58,580 bases of DNA from Candidatus Thorarchaeota archaeon (GCA_048884785.1 JBHLQM010000007.1:9567-68146); one strand, 5' to 3'; numbered from the stretch's first letter, positions 19,705-29,865 are shown. Made by a program: numbers and translations. Notes: generated by a model from the letters alone, not told the origin.

Positions 19705-20682
19705 ATGAGGATGTGCGCCAACTGTGGCAAATCCAATCTTCCCACAAGAAAGTTTTGTATCCGCTGCGGACGTTCTTTGCTGACTGATACGAAGGAAAAG
19801 AAACCTGTTGCAGCAAAAGTAGAGACAAAAGTCGATACAGCTAAAGCTGAAACTCCCGCAGCAAAAACAGCTGATGCCACCGACGATGGGGAAGATCGCT
19901 GGGTCAAGCCAAGTGAAGTTTCACGCGATAGGGTTAGAGCTGCAACCGGAGCAAAAAGGATGACAGAGCTTGAAAAGGCAAGGGCGGCATTTGCACAGGC
20001 GGAAGAGGTTGGGATTGAAGAGGGTGATACTGGCGTAGTAGTTACTAGGATGCTTAGAGCTAGCGAGGTCAAGGAATTGATGGAGGGTGTGACTGCCATG
20101 CATGGTTCAGAAGTCTCCGAGGATGATGAACCCATTGTAGGACCTCCACCTATTGCCGCTCCGAGTCCAAAGGATATTGAAGAGCAAATCCTTGGGAGTC
20201 ATTCTGCCTACGTAGAAAAGAAGCCTGAGCCAGAACCTATGGTACCGAGTGATGATGCGCGTGTTTCGGCTACACTCTCGAATGAGTTCTCTAGCTCTAG
20301 ATATGACGAAATAGAGGCGGAAACGATTTCCAAAGACGACGATAGCGAAACTGCAGTCTTCTCCGCCGTGAATAAACCTCCTGAAACACCCCCTCCAGCA
20401 ACTGCTCCTCTTACCTCAGAATCACTCGACTACGATGCGATAACTGCGTGCCCGAGTTGCGGAGAAATTGTGAATATTGATCAATTCGAATACCCCAGTG
20501 AGATATATAGCGCCATGGGGTCCGCGAGAATCAAGCAGGCTAGATTCTTTGTTGTTCAAGGGAAATATGAGCAGGCACAAAAGATTGTTCGAATTGCAAG
20601 GTCACTGTTCATGAAAGCAAATGATGAAGCAGGTTTGGCAGAGGTTGGTAAGTTAGTGGATTCTTTGGCAAGGAGAGGTTAG
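19705..20682 (+). CDS. Zinc-ribbon protein with Pro/Glu-rich linker and C-terminal helical hairpin
   Basis: CANC...CIRC at the N-terminus, CPSC later, TPR-like C-terminus; GAGGGTGA before ATG 19705. Confidence 0.75.
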   Translation: MRMCANCGKSNLPTRKFCIRCGRSLLTDTKEKKPVAAKVETKVDTAKAETPAAKTADATDDGEDRWVKPSEVSRDRVRAATGAKRMTELEKARAAFAQAEEVGIEEGDTGVVVTRMLRASEVKELMEGVTAMHGSEVSEDDEPIVGPPPIAAPSPKDIEEQILGSHSAYVEKKPEPEPMVPSDDARVSATLSNEFSSSRYDEIEAETISKDDDSETAVFSAVNKPPETPPPATAPLTSESLDYDAITACPSCGEIVNIDQFEYPSEIYSAMGSARIKQARFFVVQGKYEQAQKIVRIARSLFMKANDEAGLAEVGKLVDSLARRG

Positions 20683-21470
20683 GATCTCAGCCAAAGGTCG
20701 AGAAATTTCTCACGTTCAGAGCTGAATCGTGATTGGTCGTTACACATCATCAGGAACTTTCCATCATAGCCTCGCTGTTTTAACTCTGCAAACATGGGTT
20801 CGAAATTAATGCTCCCTGTCCCAATCGGGAGGTGCTCATCGTATTTAGAGGCAATCTCCCGCATCTCACTAGTAGTCAATTGCCGCTCCTTTTTTATCTT
20901 CAAAACCTCATCAACCATTTTCTGACCATGGTTATCATGAACAATCACCATTCGAATTCGCTCAAAAAACGATTGAATATGGCCTAGAGCTCTATTATTG
21001 GTGGCCATGATTTGTCCATGTCCCAGGTCGAGAGCCATCATGATCCTCGGATGCGCATCACACAAGAGCATGAGTTCTGTGAAGTAGAGACCTAGTGTTT
21101 CAATGGCTATTGATACATTTGCCTCTCGCACAATGTCACATAGATTCGGTAGAGCCGATAGAAAGGCTTCAATCTCATTATCATCGTAGAACAATGAGGA
21201 TAATGTTGTATGAAATGTGACTAGGTCAGCTCCTATCTCTCGGCCTAAATCAATATACGGAATGATATCTTTTGCGAAGTTCATAGGTTCCCATGAGGGA
21301 TCGCTTGGAAGATGAAGTGTAAATGGAATACCTGCATCGTTCAGCATTCCTTTTGCGGCTCTGAAGTCGATACCATCATCTAGATCCATCCTGAGATCTA
21401 TAAAATCGGGCTCGAAGGACAAAGCTAATTCAATTTGCTTGTTATCCCGTGCGAAGGTACCGATTTCCAC
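20679..21470 (-). CDS. Sugar phosphate isomerase/epimerase (AP endonuclease 2 TIM barrel)
   Basis: 'TLHLP', 'IAIET', 'LDLGH', 'VHDNHG', 'DEHLPIGTGSINF'. Confidence 0.8.
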   Translation of the reverse strand: MEIGTFARDNKQIELALSFEPDFIDLRMDLDDGIDFRAAKGMLNDAGIPFTLHLPSDPSWEPMNFAKDIIPYIDLGREIGADLVTFHTTLSSLFYDDNEIEAFLSALPNLCDIVREANVSIAIETLGLYFTELMLLCDAHPRIMMALDLGHGQIMATNNRALGHIQSFFERIRMVIVHDNHGQKMVDEVLKIKKERQLTTSEMREIASKYDEHLPIGTGSINFEPMFAELKQRGYDGKFLMMCNDQSRFSSEREKFLDLWLRS

Positions 21471-21610
21471 AATCTCAACCTGCCTGAAAGAAGATATCTG
21501 AGCCGTCTTTTGTCACTTTTGGTTCAACCTTTTGCACTCGCACAAGCGACGATAGTGTTATTAGAAGCACACGCAATCAATTCATCTACTGCAGTTGGAG
21601 CGTCGTACAT

Positions 21611-22147
21611 CTGACAGACCCGGTTGCTTATCTCTTCAAACTGGTTTTTCTTGGTGAGGGCGGAGTAGGCAAGACTAGTCTTGTGGGTCGATATGTCTAT
21701 GACTCTTTTGAAGGCGACTATCTTGCGACGATTGGTGCCGCGATGCACACGAAACCGGTGAAGGTAGAAGATACTCTCTGCAAGCTTGTAATTTGGGACA
21801 TAGCAGGGCAGGATGACTTTGCGCAGCTCAGGAAGGCGTACTATCAGAATTCAAGTGGAGCATTCTTCGTCTTTGATACAACACGCCCAGATACAATTGA
21901 GCGAATAGAGGAATGGATTGATGCACTCTATGCTGTTACCGGTGAAATACCGCTTGTTTGTCTTGAAAATAAAATTGATTTGAATTCTCAGATTGATAGA
22001 AAGAAACTTGATAGACTTCAGAAAAAACATGGATTCAAGCTGATTCAGACTAGCGCAAAGGAAGATACAAATGTTGAGGAAGCATTTCTACAAATGACAA
22101 GGGAAATCCTTGAGCGCTCACGAGCGAAGAAACGAACAATAGACTAA
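21611..22147 (+). CDS. Rab-like small GTPase 1 (probable CTG start)
   Basis: G1 GEGGVGKTS lies in frame upstream of the track start 21683; G2 TIG, G3 WDIAGQ, G4 ENKID, G5 SAK. Confidence 0.88.
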   Translation: MTDPVAYLFKLVFLGEGGVGKTSLVGRYVYDSFEGDYLATIGAAMHTKPVKVEDTLCKLVIWDIAGQDDFAQLRKAYYQNSSGAFFVFDTTRPDTIERIEEWIDALYAVTGEIPLVCLENKIDLNSQIDRKKLDRLQKKHGFKLIQTSAKEDTNVEEAFLQMTREILERSRAKKRTID

Positions 22148-22174
22148 TCAACAAGTTTGAAGTTGGTATGCATC

Positions 22175-22702
22175 GTGTCCAGTAGAGAAGCTGACTTCGT
22201 ACATAAGTTCGTATTTCTAGGAGACTCGGGAGTAGGCAAGACTTCCTTGGTTGAAAGATTTGTATACGACAGCCTTAGCACTGATATGGCTAGGACCATT
22301 GGTGCAGTACTGCACGTCAAACGAGTGGAATATAAGGAAAGAGTTCACAAGCTCGTGATTTGGGATCTTGGGGGACAGGAGTCTTTTGCAGAGCTGAGAG
22401 AGCAATACTGCTCCAATGCTAGCGGCGCATTCTTTGTGTTTGATAGGACACGACCTAGCACATTTGATAGCATTGAGAACTGGCTACGGGCACTAAAGAC
22501 TGCAGCAGGCGACGTTCCTGTTGTCGTAGTTGAGAATAAAGTGGACTTGGAATCACGCATGGATGATGGTATGGTGCATAGCGTTATTGCCAAGCATGTC
22601 TTGAAGTATATTCAGACTAGTGCTACAGAAAATATCCATGTTGAACAAGCATTCACCGAGTTAGTGCGGGAGATTGATGACCGTCTGATAGATAGACGAT
22701 GA
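22175..22702 (+). CDS. Rab-like small GTPase 2
   Basis: GDSGVGKTS, TIG, WDLGGQE, ENKVD, SAT; start GTG 22175 or TTG 22157. Confidence 0.9.
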   Translation: MSSREADFVHKFVFLGDSGVGKTSLVERFVYDSLSTDMARTIGAVLHVKRVEYKERVHKLVIWDLGGQESFAELREQYCSNASGAFFVFDRTRPSTFDSIENWLRALKTAAGDVPVVVVENKVDLESRMDDGMVHSVIAKHVLKYIQTSATENIHVEQAFTELVREIDDRLIDRR

Positions 22703-22707
22703 AATAT

Positions 22708-23403
22708 TCAATGTGGTCCGATGGAGTCGTCTCTCTTGTATGCCTTGCCTAGCTTCTGTTTCCTGCCAGTCTTGACGTAAATTGCCCGTTCGGCCATCTG
22801 AAATGCATGATCAGCTGCTCTCTCGAAATATCGGCCAACAATTACATAGAACATCGACATCCTTTCAATGCCCTCTTGTTTCCGGAGATATTCGCTAATC
22901 TCTTGAAACATCTCTTCGGTTTCTTTGTCACTTTCAGCTTCAAGACGTTCCAAGTCGTTTATGCCGGATAAGTCCTCATCAAGGATGGCTATACTAGCGA
23001 TTACTAGAGTCTGTCGAGCCAAATCAGCCAGATGGGGAAGCGAAATCAGCTCTTTGTAATGTTGTTCTCCTTCACAAAGACGGGCAATGTGAGCAATCTT
23101 GTAGGCATATCTTCCAACACGGTAAAGATGGTGACAAACTTGGAGGTAGGTTGCGAGCCTACGAAGGTCTTTGGCAACCGGCTGTCGGCGAGCAATAGTT
23201 TCGAACACGTCTCGTTCAATCTTATCCGATAATTCTTCAATCTTGAATGACCTCTCTTTCACCTGCGATGCCTTTACCTGATCCAACTCTTGGAAGGCTA
23301 CCATCGATTCCATTAGTAGACCGATTGACATATCGAAAAGAATTCGTGTGCTTGACTTAATGTCCTCAAGATAGTGTTCTAGTTGTTTCCTGGTGCCGCT
23401 CAT
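22708..23403 (-). CDS. phoU: Phosphate uptake regulator PhoU
   Basis: 'RRQPVAKDLR', 'ERAADHA..MAE'; last gene of the pst operon. Confidence 0.9.
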   Translation of the reverse strand: MSGTRKQLEHYLEDIKSSTRILFDMSIGLLMESMVAFQELDQVKASQVKERSFKIEELSDKIERDVFETIARRQPVAKDLRRLATYLQVCHHLYRVGRYAYKIAHIARLCEGEQHYKELISLPHLADLARQTLVIASIAILDEDLSGINDLERLEAESDKETEEMFQEISEYLRKQEGIERMSMFYVIVGRYFERAADHAFQMAERAIYVKTGRKQKLGKAYKRDDSIGPH

Positions 23404-24171
23404 TTATCCAATCCTCCCTGTGATAAACGCCTCTGTTCTCTCATCCGCCGGTGCCTCTGCAATTGTGCTGGTTTTATCGAACTCAACAAGTTCTCCAAGG
23501 TAAAGAAATGCAGCTTGGTCTGAAACTCTGAACGCCTGCTGAACATTATGGGTAACCATGATAATAGTATAATCCTTCTTGAGTTCAACAACCAAATCTT
23601 CAATCTTGCCTGCACTTATAGGGTCTAGAGCCGATACGGGCTCATCCATAAGGAGCACAGGAGGATCCACAGATAACGCACGAGCAATACACAATCTCTG
23701 CTGCTGGCCGCCTGAGAGATTCGGAGCAGGCTGATCCAAATCATCTTTTACCTCATCCCATAGAGCCGCTTTCTTCAGTGAAATCTCAACAAGCTTCTCT
23801 AGCTCCCCCTCATCTCTCAATCCGTGAAGACGCGGTCCATAGATAATGTTCTCTCTTACACTCATTGGAAACGGATTTGGCCGCTGAAAGACCATGCCAA
23901 TATTCTTTCGTAAATCGTATACACTCGATCCAGCTCCATATATGTCAGACCCCATAAAGAGGACTTCCCCCTCTCGTTTGAAGCTAGGCACCAAGTCGTT
24001 GAGTCGATTAATCGTTCGCAAAAGTGTTGATTTTCCGCATCCAGATGGTCCCATAATAGCAGTAATAGTATTGTCTTTGAAATAGCATGAAATGTTTTTG
24101 AGTATCTTTTTCCTTCCAAACCATGTGCTTAGATTCCGTACTTCTATATGGTATTGAAAATCCATATTCAA
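23404..24171 (-). CDS. pstB: Phosphate ABC transporter ATP-binding protein
   Basis: GPSGCGKS, VFQRPNPF, LSGGQQQR, LMDEP. Confidence 0.95.
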   Translation of the reverse strand: MNMDFQYHIEVRNLSTWFGRKKILKNISCYFKDNTITAIMGPSGCGKSTLLRTINRLNDLVPSFKREGEVLFMGSDIYGAGSSVYDLRKNIGMVFQRPNPFPMSVRENIIYGPRLHGLRDEGELEKLVEISLKKAALWDEVKDDLDQPAPNLSGGQQQRLCIARALSVDPPVLLMDEPVSALDPISAGKIEDLVVELKKDYTIIMVTHNVQQAFRVSDQAAFLYLGELVEFDKTSTIAEAPADERTEAFITGRIG

Positions 24172-25085
24172 ACCAACCTCCTTGTGACTTTTCGAGATAT
24201 GATGTTTGCAATAATATCAACAACAAGGACCATTACCAAAAGCGTCAATGCAGCCCCATACGCTTTTACTTGGAGATATTCTCTTGGGTCACTAATGTAT
24301 GCCCATATCGTATATGGTAGAGATGCAACCCATGATCCTGAGCCCTGCAGCTCAGTGGGGACTCCCAAAGAATTTCCAGCCGTGAAAATGAGTGGTGCAG
24401 TCTCTCCCATTACTCTGCCAACAGCCAGCAAGACACCAGTTATGATCCCTGGGAATGCTGATCTAATAGTTACATTCCATGTTGTACTCCATTTTGTTGC
24501 GCCTAATGCAAGTGATGCTTCCCTCAAAGACATAGGTACAGCCTTCATTGCTTCCTGAGTGGTTCGCAGTATGGTCGGTATCATCATGAATGCAAGTGTT
24601 AGACTTCCGGCTAGAATACCCATGCCAAGATGTAGAAAATCGACTATGAAGGCAAAACCAAAGGCTCCAAAAACAATTGAAGGAATTCCAGCAAGTACAT
24701 CTGATGCGAACTCGACAATATTGCGTACAACTCCTGGTTGAGTGTATTCTGTGATATATACAGCGCCAAGAACACTGAGGGGAATTCCAACTAGACTAGC
24801 CAAAGTGATTAGCTCCACGGTTCCAACAAGAGCATTCCTAATTCCACCTTCGAGGCCAACACCCGGAAAGGTCCAGAGGAACGCAAAGCCCTGTGAAGGA
24901 CCTGTTCCAAAGAGTTGTGTAAATCCAACTGAAAGAAGCTGAAATAGAATCAAGAAGAACGGAGAAACAATTAGAATGATCGCTCCTCCTAAGAGCAGCT
25001 TAAAGATTAGATCCTTTATTTCTCTCCGAGATTTTCCCGATATGAATGACTTCATCCGATGAATAATGTTCTCTCCAGAAAGCAC
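24168..25085 (-). CDS. pstA: Phosphate ABC transporter permease
   Basis: 'GIPSIV.G', 'EASLALGATKW', 'GETAPLIFT'. Confidence 0.93.
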   Translation of the reverse strand: MLSGENIIHRMKSFISGKSRREIKDLIFKLLLGGAIILIVSPFFLILFQLLSVGFTQLFGTGPSQGFAFLWTFPGVGLEGGIRNALVGTVELITLASLVGIPLSVLGAVYITEYTQPGVVRNIVEFASDVLAGIPSIVFGAFGFAFIVDFLHLGMGILAGSLTLAFMMIPTILRTTQEAMKAVPMSLREASLALGATKWSTTWNVTIRSAFPGIITGVLLAVGRVMGETAPLIFTAGNSLGVPTELQGSGSWVASLPYTIWAYISDPREYLQVKAYGAALTLLVMVLVVDIIANIISRKVTRRLV

Positions 25086-25088
25086 CTT

Positions 25089-26117
25089 TCAAACAAGCCC
25101 CCTTGTCTTCATTCCCCATCGAATGAAGAGTTTTGCAGTGACTGTGAACATAATGGACATTAGCAATAGAAACAAACCCACAGCGAACAAGGCTGAACGC
25201 CAGAGGGGAAATACAAAGGCATACCCTAACTGGTTGGTAATAATGCTCGTCATCACATACGCGGGATCGAACAGAGTGTAAGGAATCTGAAGTGAGTTGC
25301 CTGTAACCATAAGAACAGCCATAGTTTCTCCAACTGCACGTCCTAGTGAAAGCACTATGGCTGCTCCAATACCAGGCAGTGCTGCAGATAAAACAACCTT
25401 TCTTGCAGTTTCACTCTGAGTTGCACCAAGTGCGTAGGAAGCTTCTCTCAGTGAACTGGGGACTGTCATTAAAGCATCATTTGAAATTGTCACCACTGTA
25501 GGCAGCAACATGATAGAAAGAATAATCCCTCCAGCAAGCAAGCTCAAGCCATTAGATTGAACTCCAAAGGCAGGTGCAACTGAATCACTAATCCAAGGGA
25601 CTAGGACTATATATGCCCATAAACCATAAACAATTGACGGAATTGCAGCCATCATCTCAATGACCATTTTAATTGGCTGTTTCAGCCGCATTGGACAAAA
25701 TTCGCTAAGGAATATAGCTCCACCTACTCCAAGTGGTATTGCAATACCAATGGCAATTGCCGTGCAAAACAGCGAGCCAACAATGAAGATTGCGATACCA
25801 TATAGATCTCTGTTTGGATCCCAGGTTGGATTTACTATAATGCCAGGTCCGCCCGCAGGATTCGTGAGAATTGGAATTGCTTCGTACCAAAGAAAAGCCA
25901 AGATTAGGATAATTATGATTGTACTGGCAGAAGCCGGCACCAAAAGACCAGCTTTTCCCATCATGTCTATTCGGCCAGGCTTATCAGAATCAATGAAATT
26001 CTCAATCGATTTGGAGATCTTGGTTGGTGCCAGCTTAATACTCTGAATAGCAATCTTTGCTCTACTATTCTGTTCACCATTGGCCTCCAATTCGTGTTCA
26101 TTGTTCAGAGATTCCAT
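25089..26117 (-). CDS. pstC: Phosphate ABC transporter permease
   Basis: 'IPSIVYGLW', 'EASYALGAT', 'GRAVGETMAVLMV.GN'. Confidence 0.93.
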   Translation of the reverse strand: MESLNNEHELEANGEQNSRAKIAIQSIKLAPTKISKSIENFIDSDKPGRIDMMGKAGLLVPASASTIIIILILAFLWYEAIPILTNPAGGPGIIVNPTWDPNRDLYGIAIFIVGSLFCTAIAIGIAIPLGVGGAIFLSEFCPMRLKQPIKMVIEMMAAIPSIVYGLWAYIVLVPWISDSVAPAFGVQSNGLSLLAGGIILSIMLLPTVVTISNDALMTVPSSLREASYALGATQSETARKVVLSAALPGIGAAIVLSLGRAVGETMAVLMVTGNSLQIPYTLFDPAYVMTSIITNQLGYAFVFPLWRSALFAVGLFLLLMSIMFTVTAKLFIRWGMKTRGLV

Positions 26118-26138
26118 CCTCCATTCGTCATTAGTACG

Positions 26139-27203
26139 CTATGAGCTAGGAGACATCTCAGCTATAATAGCAAGCGAATATGCTTGAGCTGAAGTCCCGT
26201 TTATCGGAACATAGCCAACAGCAGGTATATACCTTTGACCTTGGACAAGACACCAGGTCAGATATGTCAATGTGTACCATTGTAGGTTTTCTCTATTAAT
26301 GAGATAGAATAGCAACCGGGCAATCGGGTATGCACCTTCTAAGTTGGAGTTCATTAGATCCTCATTTGGTTCTGATAGTTCGGAAGGTATTGCACGAATT
26401 GAATTTTCGAGTGAAGGAGCTACCCACTCATCATTTCCAGAGTTATAGAGTTCAATGGCAACTAGCTCTTCAAGGAATGCCAAGCCAACATAGCCAATAC
26501 CATGATCATCGTTTCCAACACCTGAAGCCACTCCTGGGTTGCCATCAACTGCATTAATACCTGCAGGAAATGACAATGCTTCTTCGTGGCCCAGATGCCA
26601 CTCGAATTCAGCATTATTCATATTGGTATTCTCATCCGCTGTTTCTAGCCAACGAGCGAATGTTGAAGTTGTCCCACTAGCATCAGACCGAACATATACA
26701 TTAATTGGACCTGTTTGCTGAATGCTAACACCGAATGTAGTTTCAAATGACTCCCAGGTAGTTACATTTCTCTGAAAGATAGATACAACCATGTCACAAT
26801 CCATTCTCAATACGCTACCATTCACAAATGGATTTGCCACTACTCCCAAAGCATCTGCAGATATTGGTAGAATTTCCACATTTGGATTGTCATTAACATA
26901 CTCCTGGTTAGGATAGGTACTTGATGCTCCAACATCTATGAGACCTTCTGCAACTAGAGACAGACCAAGGCCTGAACCTCCAGTACTGGGATTGACTGTC
27001 AAACCAGGTTGGTCTCTATGGAAGTATTCAGCCCAATCCTGAGAGAGAGGATACACAGTAGTCGACCCTGCAGTCGTAATTGTTGCGCTTCTAGCATCAT
27101 TTGGAGGAGGACTTATGAAAACAAGACCTCCAGCACCAAGAATAATTCCAATGAAGAGCCCAGCGATGAGCCCACGTTTTTGTTTTAATATCGATGATGC
27201 CAT
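26139..27203 (-). CDS. pstS: Phosphate ABC transporter substrate-binding protein
   Basis: N-terminal TM anchor, AGSTT, GGSG.G, RSDASGTT, YPIAR. Confidence 0.92.
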   Translation of the reverse strand: MASSILKQKRGLIAGLFIGIILGAGGLVFISPPPNDARSATITTAGSTTVYPLSQDWAEYFHRDQPGLTVNPSTGGSGLGLSLVAEGLIDVGASSTYPNQEYVNDNPNVEILPISADALGVVANPFVNGSVLRMDCDMVVSIFQRNVTTWESFETTFGVSIQQTGPINVYVRSDASGTTSTFARWLETADENTNMNNAEFEWHLGHEEALSFPAGINAVDGNPGVASGVGNDDHGIGYVGLAFLEELVAIELYNSGNDEWVAPSLENSIRAIPSELSEPNEDLMNSNLEGAYPIARLLFYLINRENLQWYTLTYLTWCLVQGQRYIPAVGYVPINGTSAQAYSLAIIAEMSPSS

Positions 27204-27335
27204 GACGATATCCTCGAGTGTTAGCTATGCTTCCCATATGGTATATCGAATTAAGCTAATCGCTATGCTCAGAAAAAATCAGAATTACTGCCATGGCAAG
27301 TATATATAAGAAGGGCCTGAAATTCTGCGCTCGCA
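27204..27335. promoter_or_regulatory. Divergent pstS / Na-Pi promoter region
   Basis: TATA-like TATATATAA (27301-27309); palindrome TGCCATGGCA (27289-27298); GCTATGCT twice (27224, 27262). Confidence 0.5.
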
Positions 27336-28952
27336 ATGGTAAGCGTAATTGAGAATCTGATCATTGTTGTTGGTGGCCTTGCGCTTTTTATGTTCTCCAT
27401 TAATATGCTTCGTGAAACACTTGGAAAGCTATCAGGAGCTAGAGTTGTCAGAATTCTCGAAAAGGTCAGCAACGACCCAATTAGAGGAATAGGTGCAGGG
27501 ACCGCAGCCACATTTATGACTCAGAGTTCCAGTATCACAGTACTTACGCTGATAGGATTCGTAAATGCAGGAATGATGACATTCAGGCAATCAGTTAATG
27601 TCATGTTGGGCTCGGAAATAGGCACAACAATTACGGCTCAGATTGTATCCTTCGATATTGGATTCTTGTATTGGCCACTGCTAGCTTTCGGTTTCTTTGG
27701 GATGATGCTAGCGCCGCGCGAACCATGGAAAAATGTCTTTCGAGTGATATTCTGTCTTGGGCTAATATTCTTGGCAATGGAATTCATGAAGGATGGAGCC
27801 AAGGCCATTCTGAATGACCCCGAGAATACGTTCTTTGTTGATGCTATCTCAGAATATAGTGCTATACCATTGGGTGGCATCTTGATTGGCACAGCTATTG
27901 CCGGGACAACACAAAGCAGCTCTGCAACTACAAGTCTCGTCATTGCTCTGGGAAGTGCAGGACTTATTGGACTCCCAATGGGAATCGCTTTGGTGATGGG
28001 TGCAAACATAGGAACTTGCTTTCTTGAGCTTATCGCTGGAATTGGAGCAACAACTCCTGCGAAACGAACAGCCATAGCTCAGGCTATGATCAACGTCACT
28101 GGAGTGGCAGTTTTTTACCCATTCATAGGAATCTTTTCAGATGTGATTGCACTTACGGCAACTGACCTACCAAGGCAAATTGCAAATGCACACACGATTT
28201 TCAATGTCTTTGTCAGCCTAATGTTCATTCCGCTTGTTGGTCTACTAGTTAGATTCTGTGAGAGGCTAATACCTGATAAGGAGGGCGAGATTATTGGTCG
28301 CCATTTCTTTGATGATCAGATGCTAAACATGCCGCAAGTCGCAATTAGAGAGGCTGAGCGTGAAATCTATAGGATTGCAGAAACAACCTATGATATGATC
28401 CTTCTTGGTGAAAAAGCACTGCTGGATAAGAACCTCGATGAAGCACGAAGAATTATGCAGCTTGAGGAAGATGTGGATGAAAGATGTAGGTCTACCGAAT
28501 TATTCATCGACAAGATTCGAGAAGAGGAATTAAGCGAGAAGGATATCATCTGGAGAATGAAGCTTCTTGCAATGCTTACTGATATAGAGCGTGTAGGAGA
28601 CCTCTGCGAGAACATCGGAGAATTTGCACTAGAACGAATGCGAAATGGGATTACATTCTCTGACCAAGGTTCTCGTGATATTAGAGAGATGTTCCATCTT
28701 GTTTCAGAAACATACAAGAAATCCATTCGAGCACTAGAAACAAGAAACAAAGCAATAGCAAAAGATGCCGAAGAACTAGAAGATGAAGTTGATTTGATGG
28801 AGAGAGAGCTTCGCGAGGCTCATACTAGGCGGCTAGCAGAAGGGATATGTCACCCTGAAGCAGATACCGTATTTATTGAAACGCTGCGTAGCCTTGAAAG
28901 AATCAGTGATCATGCTGACAACATCGCGTTAGATATCATCATGGATCGCTAG
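27336..28952 (+). CDS. Na+/phosphate cotransporter (NptA/YjbB family) with C-terminal PhoU domains
   Basis: Two QSSS motifs, 'GANIGT', 'IANAHTIFN', 'ERVGD', 'ERISDHA.NI'. Confidence 0.92.
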   Translation: MVSVIENLIIVVGGLALFMFSINMLRETLGKLSGARVVRILEKVSNDPIRGIGAGTAATFMTQSSSITVLTLIGFVNAGMMTFRQSVNVMLGSEIGTTITAQIVSFDIGFLYWPLLAFGFFGMMLAPREPWKNVFRVIFCLGLIFLAMEFMKDGAKAILNDPENTFFVDAISEYSAIPLGGILIGTAIAGTTQSSSATTSLVIALGSAGLIGLPMGIALVMGANIGTCFLELIAGIGATTPAKRTAIAQAMINVTGVAVFYPFIGIFSDVIALTATDLPRQIANAHTIFNVFVSLMFIPLVGLLVRFCERLIPDKEGEIIGRHFFDDQMLNMPQVAIREAEREIYRIAETTYDMILLGEKALLDKNLDEARRIMQLEEDVDERCRSTELFIDKIREEELSEKDIIWRMKLLAMLTDIERVGDLCENIGEFALERMRNGITFSDQGSRDIREMFHLVSETYKKSIRALETRNKAIAKDAEELEDEVDLMERELREAHTRRLAEGICHPEADTVFIETLRSLERISDHADNIALDIIMDR

Positions 28953-28980
28953 GCTAAACTTATGACGTCATATTGAAACC

Positions 28981-29832
28981 ATGGGAGTGGGAGATATATT
29001 GTCACCAGATAAGAATTCCAAATCATATCTGAATGAGCTTGATGGAAAAGAGTGGGTCAAGGCAACAAAATCCTGGTTTGTGATAAATCCGCGGCCTCGT
29101 TCGAAGAACGAACTGAATCACCCTGCAAAATATCCCGAAGAGCTAGTGCAGCGATTTGTAAAATTCTTCACTATGGAGAATGATTGGGTTCTAGATCCAT
29201 TTGCAGGAGTCGGGAGTACTCTTGTCGCATGCAAGCAAATGAATAGGAATGCTGTAGGTATTGAATTAAATCCTGATTTTGTGAGGTTGGGACAGAAAGC
29301 AATCCTGAGTACCGATGGAAAAGGGATATGTCATTTCCTTATTGGAGACGCTCTGCTGACTAAGCAAAGCATTGAAGCAGAGTTCGAAGATGGAATCCCT
29401 CAATTCAAATTTGTTATGACATCGCCACCATATTGGAACATGTTACGGAAATCCCGTGGAGGAAACGAAACTGTTCAGAAGGAACGTGAAGAGGAAGGTT
29501 TGCCTATCTACTATAGTGACCTGGAATTGGATGTTGGAAATATACAGGAGTACCAAGAATATCTTGAAAGAATTGGTGAGATATTCTACAAGCTTCGGGA
29601 TTTGCTTATAGACGGAGCATATATTGTGGTAGTCGCCCAAAACATGAGAGATGTAGATGGTATAATGAAACCAATTGCATGGGATCTGGCTCAGCGCTTA
29701 TCACAGGACTATGCACTCCGTCAGGAAATGATTTGGTGCCAAGATAACAAAAGGCTTGGATGTTGGGGGTATCCAACGACTTACGTTTCTAATGTTCATC
29801 ATCACTACTGTCTGGTTCTGCAAAAAAACTGA
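28981..29832 (+). CDS. Orphan amino-methyltransferase (N4-C/N6-A DNA methylase family)
   Basis: HPAKYP, DPFAGVGST (motif I), TSPPYW (motif IV). Confidence 0.82.
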   Translation: MGVGDILSPDKNSKSYLNELDGKEWVKATKSWFVINPRPRSKNELNHPAKYPEELVQRFVKFFTMENDWVLDPFAGVGSTLVACKQMNRNAVGIELNPDFVRLGQKAILSTDGKGICHFLIGDALLTKQSIEAEFEDGIPQFKFVMTSPPYWNMLRKSRGGNETVQKEREEEGLPIYYSDLELDVGNIQEYQEYLERIGEIFYKLRDLLIDGAYIVVVAQNMRDVDGIMKPIAWDLAQRLSQDYALRQEMIWCQDNKRLGCWGYPTTYVSNVHHHYCLVLQKN

Positions 29833-29865
29833 GTGAAGACATATTCTTCATAAGCACTCGAAGAG

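Noticed and set aside
28981-29832. Restriction-modification system
   Set aside because: The flanking genes are a transporter and a GNAT; no nuclease candidate.
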